Positions 22,662-32,457 of a stretch of DNA of 64,000 nucleotides are shown here, piece by piece. Made by a program: the position numbers and the translations under genes. Under the pieces are notes generated by a model. The model was given only the letters and a program-made list of their open reading frames with translations. It had not been told where the DNA came from and searched no databases. This DNA is from Candidatus Omnitrophota bacterium. GTDB taxonomy: Bacteria; Omnitrophota; Gorgyraeia; B26-G9. Position 1 is the first letter of the stretch. Every line of letters starts with the position of its first letter. Location: contig JAHITE010000123.1 of assembly GCA_018817585.1 (NCBI GenBank), positions 1,280 to 65,279 on the forward strand, given 5' to 3'.

Positions 22662-23304
22662 TTCTCAACCTTTCAATTGCCCGCGCTCTGTTTTTCGCTT
22701 TAAACACATAAGAACCGGCAACCAGCATATCCGCGCCATTAGCTACCACTAAAGGCGCGGTCTGATCAGTAATTCCGCCGTCAACTTCAATAATGCCTTT
22801 AAAAATTTTGCGCAGCCGGCTGATTTTCGGCAATACTCCAGGCATAAAACTCTGTCCGCCAAATCCCGGATTAACACTCATCACTAAAACCAAATCAGCA
22901 TAAGCTAAAAATTTTTTTATTTTACTCAAAGGCGTTGCCGGATTAAAACTGATTCCCAGCATGATCTTATGTTTATCCAGCTTTGCTTTAATTTTTTTAA
23001 TCAAACTCAAACAGGAAACTTCACAATGAACGGTTATAATTGAACTGCCGGCATTAATAAAATCATCCAAATAGAACCAGGGATCATCAATCATCAAATG
23101 CACATCTAAAGGAAGCTTTGTCCGTTTCTTAATGCTCGCGGTAACCGCGGAACCAATACTTATATTCGGCACAAAGTGTCCATCCATAACATCCACATGC
23201 ACCCAATCAGCGCCGGCTTTTTGAATTGAATTAACCTCTTTTTCCAAACAACTGAAATCCGCTGATAAAATTGAAGGCGCGATCAGCAGTTTTTTCTTTC
23301 GCAT
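22648..23304 (-). CDS. rpe: Ribulose-phosphate 3-epimerase
   Basis: APSILSADF, HVDVMDGHFVPN, MSVNPGFGGQ, EVDGGI. Confidence 0.96.
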   Translation of the reverse strand: MRKKKLLIAPSILSADFSCLEKEVNSIQKAGADWVHVDVMDGHFVPNISIGSAVTASIKKRTKLPLDVHLMIDDPWFYLDDFINAGSSIITVHCEVSCLSLIKKIKAKLDKHKIMLGISFNPATPLSKIKKFLAYADLVLVMSVNPGFGGQSFMPGVLPKISRLRKIFKGIIEVDGGITDQTAPLVVANGADMLVAGSYVFKAKNRARAIERLRNAGN

Positions 23305-24587
23305 TAAAACCTCCGTAAAATATTAATTAGTTTTTTCCGCTTTTGATCATCCACCGGGCCGACAACCGAAAGATTGAGCTTATTTTTAGTAAATATTTTC
23401 TTTGCCAAAAACTTTACTTCCTCAGCTGTGACCTTTTCTATACCTTGAATAACTTTTTCCACATATTGCGGCTTGCCATCAGTCATAATGCTTTCACCAA
23501 ACCAACTCATGTGTTCAAGAGTATCTTCCAAACCCATTAATAATTGTCCGCGGCAGTATATTTTAGCCCGGCTTAATTCGCTTTTTTTAACATTAACCTG
23601 AGAAATCTTTTTTAACTGTTCAAGAATTAAGTTTAAAGCATTTTCCGTATTCTTATTTACCACTCCGGCATGCACAATAAACGCGCCGGTATCACTGAAT
23701 CTTTTGGTTGCTGTGGCAATTTCATAAGCATAGCCGTTTTTCTCTCTGACTTCATTAAATAAACGGCTGGACATATTTGCTCCTAAAATAACATGCAGCA
23801 AGGTCATCGCGTGGCGCAGCGGATCTCTCCGGCGCAAAGCATGAAACCCTAGACATAAATGCGTCTGCTGTGTATCTTTTTTCAAAAAAACATAATTTGG
23901 CTTTTTCTGGTCAATAACCACCGGCGCGTAAGACAACTCTTGTCTTTTATTTAAATCATTGTTTTTATTTTTTAAAATTTTATTCAGATAATTTAATATC
24001 TGGCTGTGCGAAATATTTCCGCAAGCCGTAACTAAAACATTGCTCAAATCATAATATTTCTTCATAAACCTGAGCATAAAATCTTTATCAATTGCTTTTA
24101 AACTATCAAAATCACCTGCCAAATTTCGGCCTAACGCATGGTTTGGCCAGAGCAATTCTAGTAAGCGGTCATAAGCCAAGTGATTCGGCAAATCAAAATA
24201 CATTTTAATTTCTTCAAAAATTACCAAACGCTCCTTGGTAATATCGCTTTTTTTAAGCAAAGGGTTAGTAATTATATCCAACAAAACATCTAAAGTGCTT
24301 TGGCTATGCTTGTCTAGGACTTTAGCCATAAAGCAGGTTACTTCCTCGGAAGTAAACCCATTTAACAAACCGCCCAAACCTTCAATTGATTCTTTGATCT
24401 GGCGATAAGTACGTTTTTTTGTACCCTTAAAAACCATATGCTCAATAAAATGAGAAATACCGCTGGAGGATTTTGCTTCATATCTGCCGCCCACTCCGAT
24501 CCAAACACCCAGAGCAACACTTTTTGCTTCCGCTGCTCTACAAGTGGCAACTTTTAAACCGTTTTTCAATTCACTTATTTCATACAT
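23304..24587 (-). CDS. M16 family (pitrilysin-like) zinc peptidase
   Basis: GISHFIEHMVFKGT inverted HxxEH; SSRLFNEVREK..AY. Confidence 0.92.
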   Translation of the reverse strand: MYEISELKNGLKVATCRAAEAKSVALGVWIGVGGRYEAKSSSGISHFIEHMVFKGTKKRTYRQIKESIEGLGGLLNGFTSEEVTCFMAKVLDKHSQSTLDVLLDIITNPLLKKSDITKERLVIFEEIKMYFDLPNHLAYDRLLELLWPNHALGRNLAGDFDSLKAIDKDFMLRFMKKYYDLSNVLVTACGNISHSQILNYLNKILKNKNNDLNKRQELSYAPVVIDQKKPNYVFLKKDTQQTHLCLGFHALRRRDPLRHAMTLLHVILGANMSSRLFNEVREKNGYAYEIATATKRFSDTGAFIVHAGVVNKNTENALNLILEQLKKISQVNVKKSELSRAKIYCRGQLLMGLEDTLEHMSWFGESIMTDGKPQYVEKVIQGIEKVTAEEVKFLAKKIFTKNKLNLSVVGPVDDQKRKKLINILRRF

Positions 24588-24670
24588 ATATTATAAAAAT
24601 CATTCTGGTTTTATTTAATTTCAAATACTTAACTTATAGATTTTACTCAATTTAGACTAATATGTCAAAC

Positions 24671-24707
24671 AAAAAAGCTCCTCAACTGGAGGAGCTTTAA
24701 AAAAAAT
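24671..24707 (-). terminator. Intrinsic terminator after small ORF
   Basis: AAAAAAGCTCCTC-AACTG-GAGGAGCTTT hairpin; A-run gives a U-tract on minus strand. Confidence 0.75.
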
Positions 24708-24734
24708 CATAAAAATAGCTAAAATCTACTATGT

Positions 24735-24932
24735 TCAGTGTTTCATTAACTGCTTAATTTGTGCCTCGGTTTTTGTGAGCTTAACATTCAAAGCATACTT
24801 TGTAACATAAAGTTCATTGTTTTTATAAAAATAATAGGCTATATATAATGACCCGATAAAGTTGACCAACCCAGAATCTTGGTCTTGCTGAACCTGAAAT
24901 CTGCGCTGTATGAATAAATTATTATTATTCAC
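24735..24932 (-). CDS. Small hypothetical protein (65 aa)
   Basis: GTG start with GGGAAAGGAGG RBS, own promoter upstream and terminator downstream. Confidence 0.6.
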   Translation of the reverse strand: MNNNNLFIQRRFQVQQDQDSGLVNFIGSLYIAYYFYKNNELYVTKYALNVKLTKTEAQIKQLMKH

Positions 24933-25010
24933 AACAACCTCCTTTCCCTTTAATTTATATGTACATTTTAAAAGTGCTTAATAATATAACAATATAAATC
25001 TTATAACAAA

Positions 25011-25039
25011 AGTATACCATATGGAATTATTATGTGCAA
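25011..25039 (-). promoter_or_regulatory. Sigma70-type promoter
   Basis: TTGCAC-17 nt-TATACT with extended -10 TG. Confidence 0.6.
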
Positions 25040-25204
25040 GTCGTAAGACAGCGCTTAGCGGAAAGCGTTTAGTGAATAGATAATAATTATTAGTTATGAG
25101 TTATAAATTACGAATTGAAATAGTTTTTAGCTCTTAAATTGCGGATTAAAACATCTAATTTATCTTTTGCTTTAGCGCTATCCTCTAATCGCTATACTCT
25201 GCCC

Positions 25205-26179
25205 TTAGAATTTACAGGAAATGCCGAATTGGTGCAGATAATCCTCATTGCCTACCGCAGGATCCTGCCAATAAACAAACGTATAGTCAAAGTAATAACA
25301 TACAGGATGCGTTACAAAAAATTCCGCATACTGCCAGCCCAATCCCAAAGAGTAATATTTACTGGAATCCATGCTTGAATTAGGATTATGCGCTCCCAGC
25401 CTCAGAGAGAAATCGTCATTAAAATAATGTTCCATGCCCAAGCGTACATTTTGACTGTAATCAGATCCTCGATCCTGCGTATTACCAGTTAAATCATAAA
25501 TATCACAAGTTAATACAGTAGACTCATTCATATAATAAGCCAAACCCGGACGCCAGACTCTGATCAATCGACTATTTACCCCATGAATCGTAAAAGTCGG
25601 CTCATTAATATTTTCCACCAATAAACCCAAAGCCATTTTTTCCGACATATACCAGAGAAATCCCGCGTTTAAACTTATTGCTGTATCGCTGGAACTAATC
25701 CCGGGAATTTCTGATTTAAAATTAAAATAATTTAAAGAAACTCCCCAAGCCATATTTTCACTGGAAAAGAATTGACGGCCATAAGCAATACCTGGCTGCA
25801 TCAAAATTGTTTTACTGCGAGTTATTTCGTTTTCATAAGTACTGTTTTGATAATAGACCCCAACTGATCCGCTTTTAGAATCGGTCTGCCCCAGCTGCTT
25901 AGTATATACAATATAATCATCACTAATAAAATCACCAGTAATATAATCATTTCTCGCATTGATTGTTGCCGAAGCGCTAAATTCCTGGTCTTTTTGCCAG
26001 GCAAGACCAGCCGGATTCCAAGTACTGGCATTAGCATCATCAGCCAATGCGACAAATGCTCCGCCCATGGAAACCGGTCTGGCTCCGCCTTGAGCTGCCC
26101 AAACATTTTGATTACAAATAACCATTAACCCCATTATTAATAAAATAATAAAAAATCTTTTGCTTAAATATTTGCGCAT
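25205..26179 (-). CDS. PorV/FadL-like outer-membrane beta-barrel
   Basis: Signal peptide then GARPVSMGGAFVALADDANASTWNPAGLA; alternating beta-strand pattern; C-terminal Phe (FGISCKF). Confidence 0.8.
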   Translation of the reverse strand: MRKYLSKRFFIILLIMGLMVICNQNVWAAQGGARPVSMGGAFVALADDANASTWNPAGLAWQKDQEFSASATINARNDYITGDFISDDYIVYTKQLGQTDSKSGSVGVYYQNSTYENEITRSKTILMQPGIAYGRQFFSSENMAWGVSLNYFNFKSEIPGISSSDTAISLNAGFLWYMSEKMALGLLVENINEPTFTIHGVNSRLIRVWRPGLAYYMNESTVLTCDIYDLTGNTQDRGSDYSQNVRLGMEHYFNDDFSLRLGAHNPNSSMDSSKYYSLGLGWQYAEFFVTHPVCYYFDYTFVYWQDPAVGNEDYLHQFGISCKF

Positions 26180-28713
26180 TATAAATCACCTTTATTAAGC
26201 AGATCAGCTAATTTAACCAAAGAACTAAGACCATAGCGTACTGCTTTTTTAGCCGCGTCATTAGCTCTGATCATATCTGCCAGTTTTGGCCCAATTATAT
26301 AATAAACAGCCACAAATTCCCTGCCTCGATAATCAGCCATTAATTGTTTATCTCTAAATTTCCGCAGTAATACCACTTCCGGAGCTTGTTGGTCTCCATA
26401 GCAGGCTGTTGCCACAAAACAACTACTACTGCTGCTCGATGAATCAGCACTGCCTGAGCCTCCTAATACAGTTGTGCTGGCCCGGTTATTAGCAGCCACC
26501 GCTCCTTCATAAGTAGTCCCATTATAGCCAAAAGCAACATAATGATAAGTTGTATCAGCCTTAACATCAGTATGATTATAAGTTTCGGTTGTTCCTGGCG
26601 TAGCAGCCTTAGAAACCAGCAATGTACCGTCAGTCTCACTGGTAGGATAGGTTCCGTCCGTGCGATAGCGAATCATTACCTGAGTTAAATCCGCCCGGAT
26701 TGAATTTTTCCAGGATAAAGTCACCCAGCTGCTGTTGGCAAAAGCAATATTATTTGCTGTAAAATTTGTTGGTGATAAAAAAGCCGCGCTTAAAGGAGTT
26801 TGCGGATCGCCTAATAAATTAGTCGCGAAATAAGCCCAGCGCTCAGCATCATATGAGGCAACCAAGCCAATTGTTTCCTGCTTTGCCAATTGTAATGCTT
26901 TGCCGATATTTACATTTCCATCACGCACCACTGAGTCCCAGAATTCGCGATGAATCCGCTGCGATGCGCCATTAGTCCCTCCGGGATTATACCAGCCATA
27001 CCTTGAGTTGCCGATAAACGAAAATGCCCCATTAGCTTCTGTAGTAAAATGCTCTAAAATACAATCTGAAGCACCATAAATCCCGTCACTCTGCCGATTA
27101 TCAAAAGCTCCGGAATAACAGCCCTGAGTATAACCAAAAAAATACTCAGTGTTTGTTAAGCCATCAACATCAGCATTCGACATTGTCTTAGCAACTACAG
27201 TATTAGTAGCATGCCCCAAATGATTAATGACGTGAACACCCGCGTTAATAATTGCCACTAAACTGCTCGTAATCCAAGTAGCATCCTGATCATATAGATT
27301 ATTAAAACTAAAATAACCAGATTCTGACATACCGCTGGTGGAATAACCATTAGCGCTGGATCCATTACGAATTTCTTCCAAATATGGTTTTGCGTAAGTA
27401 TCTGTAACCAATTCACCCGCCATGCAAGCCCGGGTAAGATAATCCGCGTTAGAATTTTCATAAGCAATTGTTTTTTTTACAAAATTAGCCAACTCAGCCG
27501 TGGAATCAACCGGAGCCCGGCCAATATAGACCTCAGCAGTTAAATCAATACTCCCGCCGCCAGGCCCATCACCGATCTCTCCATATATCCCATTATTATT
27601 AAAATCAAAATCCCCATCAAAACAAGCATAATACATATCACAGGGAATATTATTATCAGGATCTAAATGTGCCGGGTAATCATTATTTACCTTGCCATAA
27701 AATCCTCTATAGGGAATTATCGGCGCTGCTTCGGTTTCTCCAGTAGCAATGCCACCGCCGTCAGCATCACCGACTAAAAGCACATATTGAGTTAAATTAT
27801 CTGTACAATAAGCAATAATAAAATCGCGCAGATTTCCCGCGTTATCCGATTTAGCAGTATAATTCGCATAAACCCAAGTTGTGTCAAATATTTCAGTAGA
27901 TATTCCCTTAGATTCTTTATGAGTTTTAAGATCATTCAGATTATTTACACCAACATAGTTTTTAAATCCTAAGCTCGTAATAATTAAATAATCGACCGTA
28001 GCTAAAGGAGCTGCCAATGAGGTTATAGCATTTTGACTATACGTACTAATATCTTCCGGATTATCTACAAAATCATTTACAGCCTTTTGATCAGCAGCAA
28101 TACCGCGATAAAACTTATTATTCGTACTCAGCGTCGCCAGCTCATCGGATAAGACAATATTAAGATTAAGATTATCATAATAAGCTAATTTACCAGTTGC
28201 CGGAATATATTCCACGGGAAAAAGATTAATAATCAGGATTTTATAACCACGCATTTCCTGCGTGGAAACAACTTTGTAGACAGATTCAGGATAAGCAGTA
28301 TTACGGCTATAGATTTCAGGATTAGGCAAAGTGGGATTAATCGGTCCCGCATAATCTGTTCGCGCTGGGGCTTGTGCCGGCTCAACAAAATAAGTACCGT
28401 AAACATATTTTTTACTGGTCCAGCCTAGAGTTACATTGCTGACTTTTTTCCCTTGAGGAATCAAATATTTTATGGTTTTAATTGGCAGCAAAGGTTCACC
28501 TGGTGCGGCAAAATTTTCCAAACCTTTAATTTTAACCCGATGATAATTATTTATTTTAGTAACTTCTACTGAATCAAGCTGTGTGCTAATCAGATTATTT
28601 TTAATTTTTAAAGAAAAACTCTGTTCTTCGCCAGCAGAATAAGCATTAAAATTAAATAAAAAAACAAAAACGCAAACACAGAAAAATATCCAGGTTGTTT
28701 TACTGCTGTACAT
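26179..28713 (-). CDS. C25 family (gingipain/PorU-like) cysteine peptidase with propeptide, FN3-like domain and CFI-box-CTERM
   Basis: Signal peptide; PGEPLLP propeptide; YVLLVGD, DMYYACFDG, IGRAPV, INHLGHA (His), QGCYSGAFD (Cys), NLLGDP; Ser-rich linker then CFVATACYG..EVVLLRKFRD..GREFVAVYY..GPKLA. Confidence 0.88.
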   Translation of the reverse strand: MYSSKTTWIFFCVCVFVFLFNFNAYSAGEEQSFSLKIKNNLISTQLDSVEVTKINNYHRVKIKGLENFAAPGEPLLPIKTIKYLIPQGKKVSNVTLGWTSKKYVYGTYFVEPAQAPARTDYAGPINPTLPNPEIYSRNTAYPESVYKVVSTQEMRGYKILIINLFPVEYIPATGKLAYYDNLNLNIVLSDELATLSTNNKFYRGIAADQKAVNDFVDNPEDISTYSQNAITSLAAPLATVDYLIITSLGFKNYVGVNNLNDLKTHKESKGISTEIFDTTWVYANYTAKSDNAGNLRDFIIAYCTDNLTQYVLLVGDADGGGIATGETEAAPIIPYRGFYGKVNNDYPAHLDPDNNIPCDMYYACFDGDFDFNNNGIYGEIGDGPGGGSIDLTAEVYIGRAPVDSTAELANFVKKTIAYENSNADYLTRACMAGELVTDTYAKPYLEEIRNGSSANGYSTSGMSESGYFSFNNLYDQDATWITSSLVAIINAGVHVINHLGHATNTVVAKTMSNADVDGLTNTEYFFGYTQGCYSGAFDNRQSDGIYGASDCILEHFTTEANGAFSFIGNSRYGWYNPGGTNGASQRIHREFWDSVVRDGNVNIGKALQLAKQETIGLVASYDAERWAYFATNLLGDPQTPLSAAFLSPTNFTANNIAFANSSWVTLSWKNSIRADLTQVMIRYRTDGTYPTSETDGTLLVSKAATPGTTETYNHTDVKADTTYHYVAFGYNGTTYEGAVAANNRASTTVLGGSGSADSSSSSSSCFVATACYGDQQAPEVVLLRKFRDKQLMADYRGREFVAVYYIIGPKLADMIRANDAAKKAVRYGLSSLVKLADLLNKGDL

Positions 28714-30220
28714 CTGCTTTATCCTCCCACTCCCGCCATTTATAAACAGCCTGATCCAAAGCTTTTTTCATTGCCTGATCCCGCTTTTCTTTAATATCCA
28801 TTTCCCCTGTATTCTGATTAACAATATGCGGCGTAATAAAAACAACTATTTCTTTTTTCACATTCGACGTGCCCTGGCTTTTAAAAAACATTCCCAAAAC
28901 AGGAATACTGCCGAGTATCGGCACTTTTGATTGCGTCTGCGATACAGTATCTTTGATTAATCCGCCCAAAACAATTGTTTTTCCGTCCCGAACAATAACT
29001 GTGGTATCTGCCTGGGTTGTGTCCACTGCCAAGGAATTATTAACCTCAGCCACCCTTCTGGCGGAACTGACTTCCGGATGGATTTTAAGCGTAATAAAAC
29101 CATCATCACTGATTTTCGGAGTAACTGTAAGCTTTACGCCCACATCAATAAATTTAGTTTCTTCGGTCTGGGTATTTGAATCTTTATCAATATAAGTTAC
29201 TAAATATGGTTCCGAAGCACCCACCAGAATATTCGCCTCATTATTATTCATAACCGTAATCCGCGGATTAGAAAGGATATTTGTATCTGTCATGCTTTCC
29301 AAAGCCTGAATCGTGACTTGATATTGATCAGCGCTCAGAGTTCCGATTCTTAAAGTTCCGCCATTACTCACGCTCACGGGTAAAACAGCAGACACATTGA
29401 TCGTATCTCCGTCCGTATCATTAAGATATTCCCAATTTACACCCAGCCCCTTACTTTTGTCAACTGAAATCTCTAAGATTTTGGCTTCAATCAATACCTG
29501 CTTTGATCTTTGATCCCAGTTTTTTATCAACATATCAATTTTAGCAATTGTCTCAGCAATCACCCGAATAACTAAACTATTTGTTCTTTCATCAATAAAG
29601 ATTTCCCCTTCCTGCTTGGGAATTAATTCCGTAAGCTTGGCCATCATTTCCTTAGCATCAGCATAATTTAAGTTATAAACCTTGGTAATCATCTTATGAT
29701 CAAGCGCCGCGATTACTTCTTCAGCCTCAGCAATATTAGCCACTGTATCCGTAATAATAACCTGATTAGCCATTGAATTTATTTCTACTCTGCCGCGGGG
29801 AGATTTTGTGGAATTAAGCACTTGTCTTAAATCCGCGACTTTGACATTGCTTAAGAAAAATACCCGGCTGACTAATTTTTCAGTCTGTTCCTGCTGCAAA
29901 ACATCCTGCTGCGTCAAAACCCGGATAATTCCCTTGTCTTCAACAAATAAAAAATTATTCGCGGTTAAAATAGCATCCAACGCCTGGATAACCGTAATAT
30001 CATTAAGCTTGGCAGTTACCCTCCCCTGCACATTCCGGCTGGCAACAATATTAACCTGCCCCTGTTCAGCCAGCAATCTTAAGACATCAAGAATACTCAT
30101 ATTCTTAACATCCAGATCGATTTTAACTGTATTCATATCCGCGGCATACAAATGTTCAAAAGAACACAGCAGGCTTAATAGCGTTAATAATGTGACTAAA
30201 CATAAAAATTTATTTTTCAT
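28700..30220 (-). CDS. Secretin (GspD/PilQ family) with STN and N domains
   Basis: QVLIEAKILE, LSNPRITVMNNNEANILVG, VGVKLTVTPKI, VLGGLI, KVPILGSIPVLGMFFK, VVFITPHIV. Confidence 0.92.
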   Translation of the reverse strand: MKNKFLCLVTLLTLLSLLCSFEHLYAADMNTVKIDLDVKNMSILDVLRLLAEQGQVNIVASRNVQGRVTAKLNDITVIQALDAILTANNFLFVEDKGIIRVLTQQDVLQQEQTEKLVSRVFFLSNVKVADLRQVLNSTKSPRGRVEINSMANQVIITDTVANIAEAEEVIAALDHKMITKVYNLNYADAKEMMAKLTELIPKQEGEIFIDERTNSLVIRVIAETIAKIDMLIKNWDQRSKQVLIEAKILEISVDKSKGLGVNWEYLNDTDGDTINVSAVLPVSVSNGGTLRIGTLSADQYQVTIQALESMTDTNILSNPRITVMNNNEANILVGASEPYLVTYIDKDSNTQTEETKFIDVGVKLTVTPKISDDGFITLKIHPEVSSARRVAEVNNSLAVDTTQADTTVIVRDGKTIVLGGLIKDTVSQTQSKVPILGSIPVLGMFFKSQGTSNVKKEIVVFITPHIVNQNTGEMDIKEKRDQAMKKALDQAVYKWREWEDKADVQQ

Positions 30221-30723
30221 AGTCTTAACTCGAATATTTCATCATCTTTTTTCAGAATAACTCTGTCTGATTTAACTTCCTTAACAATAAAACCCTCAAC
30301 ATTTTCATTGCCATAACAGTAAAAAGAGCGATCATTAGTCACATTGCTGATTATTGCCTGAGGGCCTTGCGCTCCAGAAACAATACCCAAAAGCTGTAAT
30401 TGCCCGAGGCTTAAATCCGCTTGTTCGGTTTTTACCGCTAAATCTTTTTTTTGTCCGGAATTAATTCCAGATTGCGTGATAAATAATTTTCTGCGCGTAA
30501 GAATCCGTTCATAATATTTTTCTGATTTTTTTACTAGCTCTAAACTCGCTATTGCCGGCATTGTTTTTTTACCCATTTTAGTCTCAATATCCATATTCTG
30601 GACACTAAAAAATAATATGCTGAAATAAATCAGGATTAATCCCGCGAAAAACATTAATCCTATATTAACACGATTTATATATTTATCTTTAAAAATAATT
30701 CTATTCAATAAATCATTTGCCAT
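30217..30723 (-). CDS. GspC/PilP-like secretion accessory protein
   Basis: Single N-terminal TM; LQLLGIVSG..QAII..GFIVKEVKSDRVIL (HR-domain pattern); directly upstream of secretin. Confidence 0.7.
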   Translation of the reverse strand: MANDLLNRIIFKDKYINRVNIGLMFFAGLILIYFSILFFSVQNMDIETKMGKKTMPAIASLELVKKSEKYYERILTRRKLFITQSGINSGQKKDLAVKTEQADLSLGQLQLLGIVSGAQGPQAIISNVTNDRSFYCYGNENVEGFIVKEVKSDRVILKKDDEIFELRL

Positions 30724-30732
30724 AATAAAAAA

Positions 30733-31254
30733 TTAGTCCTTCGCGAGAATAGCACTTAACAGTAACTGCACTTTTAAAGGCTCGCCTTCTGCCTGAGCAT
30801 TAATTTGCGTGTGTTTAATTGAAAACATATATGGCGATTTGTCTAAAGCATAAAAAAAACTGCCCAAATTTTTTAATTCACCTTCTGTTTCCAATTTAAA
30901 ATCAAATTCATTATAGATACCATCTTCTTTTAGCGGAAATGGCTTTACATTGGTCACATTAAGTCCTGCCATTCCGGCTTTACTTTTAACATCCTGTAAA
31001 ATATCTGTTAGCGCTGGCTTGCCGGAATTGGCCTGAAATTTTTGAACAAAATCATTATATTCTTTTTCAATCACTGTTTTGCCATTAAGGATCTGATTTA
31101 TTTGACTTAAACCTGTTTCCGCGGCCTGAATCTTTGAATTAATTATAGTATACCGAGGATAAGCAAACTGGAAAAAGAAAAAATACAAGCCAATGCCTAA
31201 AATAAGACATAAGTATAATGACATTAGAAATAATTCTCTGCGCATTAAGCTCAT
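30733..31254 (-). CDS. PilO/GspM-like inner-membrane protein
   Basis: N-terminal TM, coiled coil, ferredoxin-like LETEGELKNLGSFFYALD..MFSIK. Confidence 0.7.
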   Translation of the reverse strand: MSLMRRELFLMSLYLCLILGIGLYFFFFQFAYPRYTIINSKIQAAETGLSQINQILNGKTVIEKEYNDFVQKFQANSGKPALTDILQDVKSKAGMAGLNVTNVKPFPLKEDGIYNEFDFKLETEGELKNLGSFFYALDKSPYMFSIKHTQINAQAEGEPLKVQLLLSAILAKD

Positions 31255-31871
31255 AAATAATTATTTTCTCGTGTTTCCTGGCTGATAGTTGTCGATGATC
31301 CATGCCCGGGAAAAACCAATGTTTGCGGATCCAACCCCTTTATCAGCTTCTGATTAATTGAATTAAGCAAGGCTTCAAAAGATCCGCCCGGTAAATCAGT
31401 TCGCCCGACTCCATGACAAAACAAAGTATCTCCGCTGAATAAGACATCCCTTACTTGCAGACAAATACCGCCGCGGGTATGTCCGGGAGTATGCAATACT
31501 TTAAGCTGTAAATCACCAATAGAAATAATATCATTGTCTTTTAAAATCTTTATTTTTGGCTTAAATTCCTGGCCGGTCCCAAAGCAGGCTGAAAGATTTT
31601 TTTCGCTGTTTACCAGCATTTCCGCGTCATCCGCGTGAATATAAACCGGCAAATCAAAATGATTCAAACATCCAATATGGTCATAATGCCCATGCGTTAA
31701 AACCACTGCTTTAAGCTTAAGTTTTTCCTGATTAACTACTGCCTTAATTTTAACTATATCCGCGCCCGGATCAATAATTACAGCATTAAGGGTATTACTG
31801 CAACCCAAAACATAACAATTAGTCTGCAAAGGACCAACAATGATTGTTCTGACGATTATTCCTTTATCCAT
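31251..31871 (-). CDS. MBL-fold metallo-hydrolase (glyoxalase II/YcbL-like)
   Basis: GPLQTNCY, THGHYDHIG, HTPGHT, FSGDTLF, GRTDLPGG, PGHG. Confidence 0.92.
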   Translation of the reverse strand: MDKGIIVRTIIVGPLQTNCYVLGCSNTLNAVIIDPGADIVKIKAVVNQEKLKLKAVVLTHGHYDHIGCLNHFDLPVYIHADDAEMLVNSEKNLSACFGTGQEFKPKIKILKDNDIISIGDLQLKVLHTPGHTRGGICLQVRDVLFSGDTLFCHGVGRTDLPGGSFEALLNSINQKLIKGLDPQTLVFPGHGSSTTISQETRENNYL

Positions 31872-32344
31872 GTTTTGACTTTTTCCCAAGGATAATCCGC
31901 TTCCAGTTGTTTTTCAATATTATTTAATTGCTGTTTTATTCGAATAGTTTGAAATTTAGACAAGTTTATGTTTTTCAAATCACTAAGCAACGGTTTAATT
32001 ATATCTGAAACAGTTGCATACTCCTGCTTATATTCGTCTAAAGCTAATCCCTGCATTAGTTTAATATACTTAGAAGCATTATGTACCATGCGGTAAGTCC
32101 ACAGCTTATTTTCCTGAAATGAGGTTTGGGCTTCTTCCAAAGAAGATACTGCCAATAAATGATATTGATTGTAAAGTTCTTGACTGGATTTAGGGGCAGC
32201 AATCGTCTCTTCGTACTCAAGCACTGGGGTATTTGGTTCAGACAACTGCTTATCATCAGGGCCGCCGATTTCTACTCCGGCGACAAAACCGCATAAAAAT
32301 AATGCAGTTATAATAATACTGATCAAATATAAATATTTTTTCAT
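31856..32344 (-). CDS. Hypothetical exported helical protein
   Basis: Signal-peptide-like N-terminus; overlaps MBL gene start. Confidence 0.65.
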   Translation of the reverse strand: MKKYLYLISIIITALFLCGFVAGVEIGGPDDKQLSEPNTPVLEYEETIAAPKSSQELYNQYHLLAVSSLEEAQTSFQENKLWTYRMVHNASKYIKLMQGLALDEYKQEYATVSDIIKPLLSDLKNINLSKFQTIRIKQQLNNIEKQLEADYPWEKVKTWIKE

Positions 32345-32457
32345 CGTCCCTGACCAAGCCTTTGCGCTAGATATTCAGCAATCCTTGCTTTCCTTATCTT
32401 AGTTTGAGCTTTAGGAATATTATAACTAATTCTTTTTATTTCCACAAGTCTTTTTTT

